DNA of 64,000 bases from Ranitomeya imitator (lineage: Eukaryota): assembly GCF_032444005.1 (NCBI RefSeq), contig NC_091288.1, positions 87,482,001 to 87,546,000 of the forward strand, written 5' to 3'. The notes under the pieces were generated by a model. It saw only the letters and a program-made list of their open reading frames with translations. It made no database searches and was not told the origin of the DNA. How positions within the stretch are numbered: position 1 is the stretch's first letter; every line of letters begins with the position of its first letter. The position numbers were made by a program, and so were the translations under genes. Of the stretch, positions 50,926 through 61,252 are shown piece by piece.

Positions 50926-51743
50926 AGGTACCGTTACACTAAACGACTTACCAACGATCACGACCAGCGATACGACCTGGCCGTGATCGTTGGTAAGTCG
51001 TTGTGTGGTCGCTGGGGAGCTGTCACACAGACAGCTCTCTAGCGACCAACTATCAGGGGAACGACTTTGGTATCGTTGAAACTGTCTTCAACGATGCCGA
51101 AGTCCCCCTGCAGCACCCGGGTAACCAGGGTAAACATCGGGTTACTAAGCGCAGGGCCGCGCTTAGTAACCCGAAATTTACCCTGGTTACCATTGTAAAA
51201 GTAAAAAAAAAAAACAGTACATACTCACATTCCAATGTCTGTCACGTCCCCTGCCGTCAGCTTCCCGCACTGACTGTGTCAGTGCCGGCCGTAAAGCAGA
51301 GCACAGCAGTGATGTCACCGCTGTGCTCTGCTTTACGGCCGGCGCCCCTGAGAGTCAGTGCAGGGAAGCTGACGCCGGGGGACGTGACAGACATCGGAAT
51401 GTGAGTATGTACTGTTTTTTTTTTTTTACTTTTACAATGGTAACCAGGGTAAATATCGGGTTACTAAGCGCGGCCCTGCGCTTAGTAACCCGATATTTAC
51501 CCTGGTTACAAGTGAACACATCGCTGGATCGGCGTCACACATGCCGATCCAGCAATGACAGCGGGTGATCAGCGACCAAATAAAGGTCCTGATCATTCCC
51601 CACGACCAACGATCTCCCAGCAGGGGCCTGATCGTTGGTCGCTGTCACACATAACGAGATCGTTAGCGAGATCGTTGCTACGTCACAAAAAGCGTGACGT
51701 TGCAACGATATCGTTAACGATATCGTAAAGTGTGAAAGTACCT
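50926..51743. mobile_element. Harbinger-type palindromic MITE, same family as 41662-42386
   Basis: AGGTACC/AGTACCT termini; same GTAACCAGGGTAAA...TTTACCCTGGTTAC hairpins. Confidence 0.82.
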
Positions 51744-51888
51744 TAAGATTAGGCTGGCTGCCTGCACTATGTAAGTGCACCCCACAGGGACAGGCATCCA
51801 AGTTTACAAGACCAACCTTGATGGGAGTGGCTGCACCGTGAATAAAAATATAACCAATCCCATCAATGTTGACTTTGTAAATTATGGT

Positions 51889-52872
51889 CTATATACACAA
51901 CCTCAATTATATGTATAGAGGTACGACGATAAAAAGCACAGTATAGAAGATTAAAAATAAATCTTAATTGATATTTGATAATAAAAATTGTATGTTCAAT
52001 AGAATGATGATAAATCAAGCTTCTGGAACAAAGAAAGAGTGCCGGGGCATAGGGACACAAGGTGAGTATTTTTGCACTAGGTGCTCATTATAAAATCCAA
52101 GAAAAAATAAAAAAAAGGAAGGGAGCACTTTTACAATTGAGAAAATATGGACCATTAAATCAATACAAATTCATAAACAGCATGTAAAGTGCGTAGTGCA
52201 TAATATCAATATTCATTATGAATCAGTAAAATATTAAATGTACAAAGCCAGATATCAATGAAAAAGTGACAAGTGCATGGGCAAAAAAGACATGGCTGAT
52301 GTATAACACAATGCAAGAAGTTCCACCAAAATCCGGTGCCAATCAGTGCAAATTGAGGGATAAATTAAATGAATGAAAGTCAGTGGCAAAGAGTACCTGT
52401 AAAGTGCTTTGTGTGCGGGTCCCAAGTGCCACGGTCTCTCACCCCAACAGTGCCGCTTCGCAGAATGCTTCATCCATGATTCACAATGAATGTTGATATT
52501 ATGCACTACGCGCTTTACATGCTATTTATGATTTGGTATTGATTTAATGACCCATATTTTATCAAATGTAGAAGTGCTCCCTTCCTTTTTTTAAAAATTT
52601 TCTTGGATTTTATAATGAGCATCCATGTGCAAAAATACTCACCTTGTGTCCCTATGCCCCCACACTCTTTTTTTTGTTCCAGAAGCTTGATTTATTATCA
52701 TTCTATTGAACATATCATTTTTATTATCAAATATTGATAAAGATTTACTTTTAATCTTCCATACTGTGCTTTTTATCGTCGTACCTCTATACATAAAATT
52801 GAGGTTGTGTACATAGACAGTCATTAATAGACTTTTTTTGCCAAGATTTTTTTACAAGACTGTGTTAATATA
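51889..52872 (-). mobile_element. Fold-back retro-insertion (Penelope-like), arms of about 340 bp and a 251-bp spacer
   Basis: 14-bp TSD TTGTAAATTATGGT (51875-51888, 52873-52886); arms 51889-52225 and 52477-52818; decayed hammerhead at 52441-52476 on the minus strand. Confidence 0.75.
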
Positions 52873-53021
52873 TTGTAAATTATGGTGCCTGATCCTGTGG
52901 GGTGCACTTTACATAGTGCTGGCAGCTAGCCTAATCTACTACTAGATTATATTTCTGTGATAAGCGCCCTATACAAGCCATTTTTGTGTGCAATTTTAAT
53001 ACTAAGCAATCACCCGTGTTG

Positions 53022-53555
53022 GGCTACGGTCACACATTCAATATGTGGTCAGTATTTTACCTCAGTATGTGTAAGCCAATACCAGGAATGGGTGATAAAT
53101 ACAGAAGTGGTGACGTGTTTCTATTATACTTTTCCTCTGATTGTTCCTTTCCTGGTTTTGGCTTACAAATACTAAGGTAAAATCCTGACCAAATGCTGAA
53201 CGTGTGAACGTGACCTTAAGGCTGTGTGCCCACGTTGTGTTTTCTAAGCGGTTCCGCTGCGTTTTTCCGCTGTGGAAATGCTTAAAAAAAGCTAACAAAA
53301 CGCATCCCATACATTTTAATGGCATTCCGCAATTTCTGTGCCCATGCTGCGCATTTTTTCACAGTGTAATTGCATTGTGGTAAAATACGCAGCATGTTCA
53401 TTTATTGAGCCATAGACATGTATAGGAAAAACCGCATGAAAACCATATGCAAAACGCATAAAAACGCATCAAAATCCGCACACGTTTTCCTGAGAAGGGT
53501 GTGCGGTTTTGATGAGGAAAAATCTGCCTATTTTCTGCAACGTGGGCAAATTGCC
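53022..53555. mobile_element. Two back-to-back Harbinger-type MITEs (53022-53215 and 53220-53555)
   Basis: junction GTGACC-TTAA-GGCTGTG; second element flanked by TAA/TAA. Confidence 0.7.
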
Positions 53556-53718
53556 TAAAGGTACAAAAAGAGTCTAAAGTGTGATTAAGGTAATTGAAGG
53601 ATTGGGCAAAGAGCTTTTATTTTGCAATAGTTGCTCTGAAATTCTGGTGAATTTAGCTTAGTAAATCTCCCCACCTCCCTTCAGGTCACCAGAATTAGGA
53701 AAGCACTTGTATTTTTAC

Positions 53719-53789
53719 CTTTGTTTTTTCTCTTTTGTGAGTTGAGCATTTGTGGAAATCATCTGTGCTTATTAAATCCGAATCAGCTG
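53719..53789 (-). CDS. CASP8: Caspase-8-like exon 4, prodomain linker (ADSDLISTDDFHKCSTHKREKTK)
   Basis: ttttcattttctgtcatcttag acceptor (NAGNAG), gtaaaa donor; 71 nt, phase 1 to 0; only open frame; bridges exons 3 and 5. Confidence 0.75.
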
Positions 53790-53956
53790 CTAAGATGACA
53801 GAAAATGAAAAAAAAATAGTAACAGTGATTTTGTGGCTGGAAAGTGAGTCATTTATAGGTAGCTGCTTACTGATGTATAGTTTCACAAAGTGAGAAAACT
53901 GTCTTAATTTGGACTTAGAAGCAAACGGCCATGCAAGAAAACAAATAAAATGATAT

Positions 53957-54989
53957 TGAGTCGCCCGGCAGGGCCATGGTGTATTCGGTACCGGGTCCAT
54001 TAATTAAAGGGATGTGTCACGGCGGCAGCGACCCGGTCTGTGGCCCTGGGCGCCCATGTTAAAGGGATGGTCTTTAAAGGGGTTGTGGAAATAAGGAAAG
54101 TTCGTGACGCCACCTGTGGTTCTCGGTCAGAGGTGACCGACGCTGCTTAAATTGGTCCTCTGGGGGCGATGGTGCTGCAGCAAAGATGGTGTCGCTTCCC
54201 ACAGGTGAAGCGGTGTCCCCACGGCTCCCGGTGTATTTGGCAGGGATGGTGAATGTCGCAAATAATTGGAGGACACAGGGTTGCAGTCTTTACCTGGTTT
54301 ACTGAGATGGTATTCAGCCTCAGTCCAGGGTACCGGTAAAAGGTGTAGCTGGAGTCCAGGCAGCCTGAAAACAGGTGGAAATCCCCTTGACAGGTGAGTT
54401 TGGGAGCCTTCCACTATGCGCTGGTCTCTGGTCCCTTGCTGCCTGTAGCTCTCTAACAAGGCCTCTTTCTTCCCTGTCCAGCGACAGTACCTGCACGGTA
54501 GGCAACTTGAGCCGTCTCTTTTGGGTCTCTGTTCACGGTGACTCTGGACTCTGATTGCTGCTGTACCTCAGGTATTATGTGGGCAAGTTCCTTTTAGTTT
54601 CCTTCCCTCTGGATCTGCCGTGGGGCTTGCAGTCCCCCTCAGCCTCGGGTTCTCGGTACCCGGTTTCTGCGCTCAGCTTAGAGAGGCCCAGTAGCAGTCT
54701 TTCTCTAGCTCCTAAGTACCTCTGTGCTCCTTCACTGTCTGCTACCAACTGTCGTCTGTCTGCTTGTCTGCCTAGCAACTGCCTACCAACTAACTCATTC
54801 TCCCGACCAGAGAGAGAGAGAGCAGCTCCCCTAAAGTCGGGTGTAGAGCTCCCCCTTCTCGCCTGGAGTCAGAATGTGTTGTATGTAAGGTTACCTGACA
54901 AAGGGATTCCTCCTGTCTCCAGGCATGGCATTACCCTCCCCTAGAGGAAGGCAATACCACCGTGGTACCTGAACTCCTGGAGTGCCACA
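53957..54989. mobile_element. Solo LTR, diverged relative of the 4027/22260 family
   Basis: TG...CA; shared GTTCGTGACGCCACCTGTGGT and GGTGACCGACGCTGC blocks; flanks ATAT/TTAT. Confidence 0.72.
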
Positions 54990-55537
54990 TTATTATTTAT
55001 ACAATGGATCAGCAAAGTATAGAGACCGTTCAATTTTTACACTTTTTGTTATGTTACAGCCTAATTCTACATGGATATTATTAGTATATTTATAAAAGTG
55101 CAAATGCGTTATTAATAAAAACTAAAATAGATTTTATATATAATAAAAAGTATTATGAACAACTGATATTGCACTCTAACTTGACCTCAAATACATTTTA
55201 TTTCCATTGATCATCCATTATTATTTTATTTATCAATGCAAGAAAATATTTTGATATTTTTATATTTTTTCCAAGGTAATTTATAAAGACATTATATGAA
55301 TTGAATGGTAATCATATGCAATACTAATTCTGCCACTACAATCGGTATTGCACTTGTAAAAAATGATTTGTCAAGGGACAGACTAATATCTAAATTTCAA
55401 ATATCAGTACTGACACTGACAACTATTACCAGCATCCAGCCTCCGCCTCCTGCACAGGATGCCCAGCTAAGTAAAGTGGGACCCCAGACTTGGTTGAATT
55501 TTGAAGAAATTAATTGCACCTATAAAGTATTGTGTAC

Positions 55538-55679
55538 CTGCTTTCCTTTTCTGATATTCTGAAATGAGGGCATCAAACTCTTCATCTTTCAAATAATGAG
55601 ACATTTGCTCCAGGTAGTCCACATTACCTTCACTGATTACATCTTTTTTTTCCAATTCATTAAAAACATCCAATAAACT
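55538..55679 (-). CDS. CASP8: Caspase-8-like exon 3, DED2 C-half (SLLDVFNELEKKDVISEGNVDYLEQMSHYLKDEEFDALISEYQKRKA)
   Basis: long polypyrimidine tract plus ccag, gtacac donor; 142 nt, phase 0 to 1; similar to human [24 protein letters not shown]. Confidence 0.92.
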
Positions 55680-55698
55680 CTGGAATAAAAAAAAGGAA

Positions 55699-55826
55699 NN
55701 NNNNNNNNNNNNNNNNNNNNNNNNNNNNNNNNNNNNNNNNNNNNNNNNNNNNNNNNNNNNNNNNNNNNNNNNNNNNNNNNNNNNNNNNNNNNNNNNNNNN
55801 NNNNNNNNNNNNNNNNNNNNNNNNNN
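55699..55826. other. Assembly gap (128 N)
   Basis: run of N. Confidence 1.
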
Positions 55827-57460
55827 TTTGGACAGTGACACAAGTTTTGTTATTTTAGCTGTTTACAAAAACATGTTCAGAAATACAATTATATATATAA
55901 TATGGGCTGAAAGTGCACACTCCCAGCTGCAATATGATAGTTTCCACATCCAAATCGGAGAAAGGGTTTAGGAATCATAGCTCTGTAATGCATAGCATCC
56001 TCTTTTTCAAGGGACCAAAAGTAATTGGACAATGGACTCTAAGGGCTGCAATTAACTCTGAAGGCGTCTCCCTCGTTAACCTGTAATCAATGAAGTAGTT
56101 AAAAGGTCAGGGGTGGATTCCAGGTGTGTGGTTTTGCATTTGGAAGCTGTTGCTGTGAGCAGACAACATGCGGTCAAAGGAACTCTCAATTGAGGTGAAG
56201 CAGAACATCCTGAGGCTGAAAAAAAAGAAAAAATCCATCAGAGAGATAGAAGACATGCTTGGAGTAGCAAAATCAACAGTTGGGTACATTCTGAGAAAAA
56301 AGGAATTGACTGGTGAGCTTGGGAACTCAAAAAGGCCTGGGCGTCCACGGATGACAACAGTGGTGGATGATCGCCGCATACTTAATTTGGTGAAGAAGAA
56401 CCCGTTCACAACATCAACTGAAGTCCAGAACACTCTCAGTGAAGTAGGTGTATCTGTCTCTAAGTCAACAGTAAAGAGAAGACTCCATGACAGTAAATAC
56501 AAAGGGTTCACATCTAGATGCAAACCATTCATCAATTCCAAAAATAGACATGCCAGAGTTAAATTTGCAGAAAAACACCTCAAGAAGCCAGCTCAGTTCT
56601 GGAAAAGTATTCTATGGACAGATGAGACAAAGATCAACCTGTACCAGAATGATGGGAAGAAAAAAGTTTGGAGAAGAAAGGGAACGGCACATGATCCAAG
56701 TCACACCACATCCTCTGTAAAACATGGTGGAGGCAACGTGATGGCATGGGCATGCATGGCTTTCAATGGCACTGGGTCACTTGTGTTTATTGATGACATA
56801 AGAGCAGACAAGAGTAGCCGGATGAATTCTTAAGTGTACCGGGATATACTTTCAGCCCAGATTCAGCCAAATGCTGCAAAGTTGATTGGACGGCGCTTCA
56901 TAGTACAGATGGACAATGACCCCAAGCATACAGCCAAAGCTACCCAGGAGTTCATGAGTGCCAAAAAGTGGAACATTCTGCAATGGCCAAGTCAATCTCC
57001 AGATCTAAACCCAATTGAGCATGCATTTCACTTGCTCAAATCCAGACTTAAGACGGAAAGACCCACAAACAAGCAAGACCTGAAGGCTGCGGCTGTAAAG
57101 GCCTGGCAAAGCATTAAGAAGGAGGAAACCCAGCGTTTGGTGATGTCCATGGGTTCCAGACTTAAGGCAGTGATTGCCTCCAAAGGATTTGCAACAAAAT
57201 ATTGAAAATAAAAATATTTTGTTTGGGTTATGTTTATTTGTCCAATTACTTTTGACCTCCTAAAATGTGGAGTGTTTGTAAAGAAATGTGTACAATTCCT
57301 ACATTTTCTATCAGATATTTTTGTTCAACCCTTCAAATTAAACGTTACAATCTGCACTTGAATTCTGTTGTAGAGGTTTCATTTCAAATCCAATGTGGTG
57401 GCATGCAGAGCCCAACTCGCGAAAATTGTGTCACTGTCCAAATATTTCTGGCCCTAACTG
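55827..57460 (+). mobile_element. Young Tc1 (DD34E) element; first 18 bp of the left TIR fall in the gap
   Basis: right end GGCCCTAACTG|TA; left TTTGGACAGTGACACAA matches the right end; IR/DR-type inner repeat CAAAAGTAATTGGACAA. Confidence 0.93.
56168..57205 (+). pseudogene. Tc1 transposase, 345 codons, with a single in-frame TAA (56831-56833)
   Basis: two consecutive in-frame ORFs; GRPR, WTDETK, MDNDPKH and SPDLNPIE with 34-residue D-E spacing. Confidence 0.95.
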
Positions 57461-57525
57461 TAGATAGATAGATAATAGCTAGCTGGATAAATAGATAATA
57501 GATAAAAGATAGATAATAGATAGAT
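57461..57525. repeat. Imperfect (GATA)n microsatellite at the Tc1 TA target
   Basis: tagatagatagata... Confidence 0.85.
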
Positions 57526-57633
57526 TTGGATTCCGACACATTGTGCACAGAACTTAGCAGCAGATGATGGAAGTAGTAGAGGATTCTATCAATATTCCTG
57601 CTGTCAAATATACCAGTGTTCAAATAGTATAAA

Positions 57634-58157
57634 AGGAAACCTGTCACCAAGTTTTCCCTGTATAAAGTACGGCCAGCACCTGTAACCCCTGCTACAGCAT
57701 TCGAGAATGTGTGAACATGGCCTTAATCCCTTTACGACCTATGATGTATAGGTATGTCCTAGGTCGCCTCCCCCTCTTTGGTCTGGGCTTCATCGCTGTG
57801 CCCGCACCTTTTCCGGCACATGACAACTGATCTGATCAGTAAAATTGTGCCATTAACAGTTGCGGGTGGTATTGTGATCCACCCATGGCTGTTAACATGT
57901 TAAATGCCACTGTCAATATCTTTAGGAGACCCCTGTAGTCATTGACGGATTGCTATGACAAGGCGCAAAAGAGATTTTATTATACTCACGGACGGCACAA
58001 TTTGGTCCGATGGGAGCCTCTGGTCTTGAAGCTACTTTTTGTGCTTTGCAGAGGGGATTGGGTACATATACAGTATACAGCATTCTACTAAGCTGTAACA
58101 GAGGCTTATAGGTGCTGGTCGTACTTTATATGGGAAAAACCTGGTGACAGGTTCCCC
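57634..58157. mobile_element. T2/Kolobok-like MITE ending about 10 bp from the caspase exon 2 donor
   Basis: AGGAAACCTGTCACCA ... TGGTGACAGGTTCCCC|TTAA. Confidence 0.7.
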
Positions 58158-58172
58158 TTAAGCATTTCTTAC

Positions 58173-58278
58173 CTTTATTTTCTCCACTCTAGCTTTGGGA
58201 AGAACCTGTGCACAATTCCTTTTGATTTCCTCAAGTTTACTATTTGTTACAACATTTCCAAGCTTGTAGAGTAAACAT
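58173..58278 (-). CDS. CASP8: Caspase-8-like exon 2, DED2 N-half (CLLYKLGNVVTNSKLEEIKRNCAQVLPKARVEKIK)
   Basis: tgttttag acceptor, gtaaga donor; 106 nt, phase 2 to 0, same size as the human exon; not in the ORF track. Confidence 0.9.
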
Positions 58279-58609
58279 CTAAAACAATCAGTTATAACAA
58301 CTTGTCATTAGGATGAACATAGTGTTACAGGGAACATGTCAGGTAAATGGTATTTACCTCCAGTCACAGTAATAGTCTGCTGGTAAATATCATTTTCAAC
58401 ATATGTGGCCTTATAGCTAGATTATAATTAGAAGCTGCAGGGAGAAAATGAAGTTATATTTTCCCTGCAGCCACTTTCTTCCAGTCATCGGATGCTCTTT
58501 GACTGCTATCCTGCTCAGCACACATGCAGAAGTTGTCCACCTTTGAGGACATTTTTCTTTAAAGAAGCGCTCCCACTACTCTTTCAACTAAACCTGTGTA
58601 GTTGATAGT

Positions 58610-59131
58610 AAAAAATACAAAATCTTAGGAACAGACCACATAATACAAACAGTGATACTAGGCTAAATTACATGGATCACTAACAGCAATAGATGTGGAT
58701 ATACTCCCACCAGATTGTAAACATGCAAGAAAGAAGAGTAATCAACCCACCAGGGAATAAAAAAAATCACATAATTTTATTAAAGTTCAATCATAAAAGG
58801 CTCTACATAATAACATCAATACCAGATGACAGAGTTATAAACAAGGGAAAACAGGTGCAACAAGGGTGCAACACCATTAGTGCAGCATAATAGGTTAGAG
58901 CACAGTATTCAAATCCATATTAAGAAGTAAAGTGACAATGCAATAATAGATCCAAAGGATCAGTGTAGTCACATCAGCATGCTCAAGTGAGGTCATTATA
59001 CATTTAGTGCTGACTAAAGAACCACAAATTGTCACATATCAATACTGCTCTTACCCATCACTGCCTATGGTGCTGCACACGCCGCCCCGACGCGCGTTTT
59101 GCGTGGGCTTCTTCTGGGGGCTGCTGCTCAC
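58610..59131 (-). mobile_element. Retro-insertion (Penelope-like) ending in a mutated minimal hammerhead (59081-59125)
   Basis: 13-bp TSD TGTAGTTGATAGT (58597-58609, 59132-59144); minus strand CCCC-CAGAAGA-A-GC..GC-AAAA-CGCGCGTC-GGGG. Confidence 0.75.
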
Positions 59132-59828
59132 TGTAGTTGATAGTGTAGTGTAGTTTCAGTGTGTTACTATACTCAACAATTACAGTCTTCTCCAGTCCCC
59201 AGCGCTGTTCCGCTCTTCTGAACTTCTGAGTCACTTGACTGTGATTTAGACTCTCCAGATCACACTGCGCTGTGTTATCCGGAGGTGACTTTACAATGTA
59301 AGTCTATGGTGATTGGTGAGTATATTAACACACTGACACTGCACTACAGTTTATACAGATTTAGGGGAAAAAAAGTTAATGAGAGTGTGTCTATAAATGC
59401 ATGCATTTGGGGCTAAAAATCATTTTTGCAATGTAGTATCAATAAAAATTTTGCACAATTTTGCTTTTACTGGCTCTTTGCTTCTCTACATATTCATGTT
59501 TGATGTGATCTGTGCTCATAAAAAGGACTTCAGTTTATCGGCCAGGTCAGTAATCAGTGATCATTCTGGGTTTGCGCAACATCATTATTTGCCGTTCTCT
59601 CAGGTTTTTTTCCTATTTTTATTTGTATCTGATTCGTGTTCCTACTTTCCTCATTTTTTTTCATTGCCCTTTTTTACCGCTACAATATCCACACAATAAC
59701 ATTGTATACCTGTTAGATTATTACATTGGTTTGTTTCTGTTAGATATTATTGTAGATATTTGTAGATGTTTGCCCCCTTTCTGAAGTACTAGGGCATTAC
59801 CACTTAAGATGGTCTTTTTAGGTCTCAC

Positions 59829-60133
59829 CTGTAAGGGGAAATTTGCTCCATCCCTGGATTCTTCAGCCTCTCAATCATTGTGCTCGCTTCTAACTGAAAA
59901 TGTTGTAGAAGTAGATCATTTCGCCCTAAATAAAATAGCAGCTCCTCAATCAGACGTGTATTGTTCTCATCTATACAGCACATTTGCTGTAGAAGGATGA
60001 AGATATGGGTGTCTTCTTTTCCAATACAAGATTGCTGTGAGATAAAGTCCTTGCACAAGAACACCAGCTCACTGCAGTTACCAGAATCTAGCTGTGCGCT
60101 AATCTCAAACAACTTCGTAGTAAAGGGGTCCAT
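59829..60133 (-). CDS. CASP8: Caspase-8-like coding exon 1, DED1 (MDPFTTKLFEISAQLD...GRNDLL...KNPGMEQISPY)
   Basis: ATG at 60133; acceptor tttacag 25 nt upstream (60159-60160); AG|GTGAGA donor; 305 nt, same size as the recalled human CASP8 first coding exon; ends QISPYR like human QISAYR. Confidence 0.92.
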
Positions 60134-61252
60134 GATTATCACACTGAATATTTTTTGTCTGTAAATAACGAAAATATTAAGTTTACTACATTTCTTTAGT
60201 CAATTATGAATAAAATGAAAGACGACTAAATGACAGCGTTATAAAAGTCAAGGATGAAAAGAGTCATATTTCCACAAAAACTAATTTCTAGCCACCCTCC
60301 ATAGATATTAAACAATTCTAGACATCGTTTTGCCTGTATTCATATCAATGTATGCCCCTTAGTATGTAAACAATGCCACACACTTGCCAGTATAAATTAG
60401 ATGAAAACTTGTTATGATTAGGAATCATGTAAGTCTGAAACATTTGTTCTAAGTGCAACACATCAATTAAAATGGGAGTAACATGGATGAGTCCTAAATT
60501 AAATCCATGAGTAATAGGCTCTGGAGGCAGATTTTCAGGGAGATCTATGTCCTGGTCAAAGATCTTAGCACCTCATTTACATATTAAGAAAAATTGGATT
60601 TCCCTGGAATAAGACATCATATCACAGATATCATGGTCACATTTTATCCAGCTCTTTAACTTGTTGCGTCCCCGTGCGGTCGGCGGTTGCGTCAAAACAA
60701 CGCATCAGCATATATCCGCATGTCCTGAATACCCAATGTTTAAGATAGGTACGCAGGACGCATGCAGAAGTAGGTAGAGCTAAATGAAAGAACTATGAAA
60801 GTAGGCGGAGCTTAACAGAGGAAGTACGCAGTCCTCCGCAGCTCAGCCAAATGCTAATGTGAACCTAGCTTTAGTCCTGCATGCCCATGTGGGTGGTTTA
60901 GAAGGGTTCATCCTAATGACAGATGCCCTTTATCAAGTAGCTTAATGGTAATGATGAACAATAAAAAATGTTGGACTGGTGTGGCATATACTCAATAAAT
61001 AGCTATTTGTATGTAGAAATTGAGCGTATCCACCAATCAGAAATAAATTATGTCCCACAAGGAAGCTGCGTAGCATCAGCCCCAACATTTTAGTGTCATA
61101 GGTTACCAAAATACATTTTAGGTGTCAACTGTAAGGCGTTTTTACTTCTGCTTCTCAAGCATATTCTCAGAGGAGTGAGGGCCCTGCCTGCAAGCTTACA
61201 ATCTATGATGTGATTATCATCTAACAGTGAAGTAGCTTTTAAGTTCAGTCTG

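Noticed and set aside
38142-60133. Alternative identity as CASP10 or CASP18
   Set aside because: Exon sizes (305, 106, about 140...), the QISxYR ending and adjacency to FLACC1 favour CASP8. A lineage-specific CASP8 paralogue cannot be excluded without a phylogeny.
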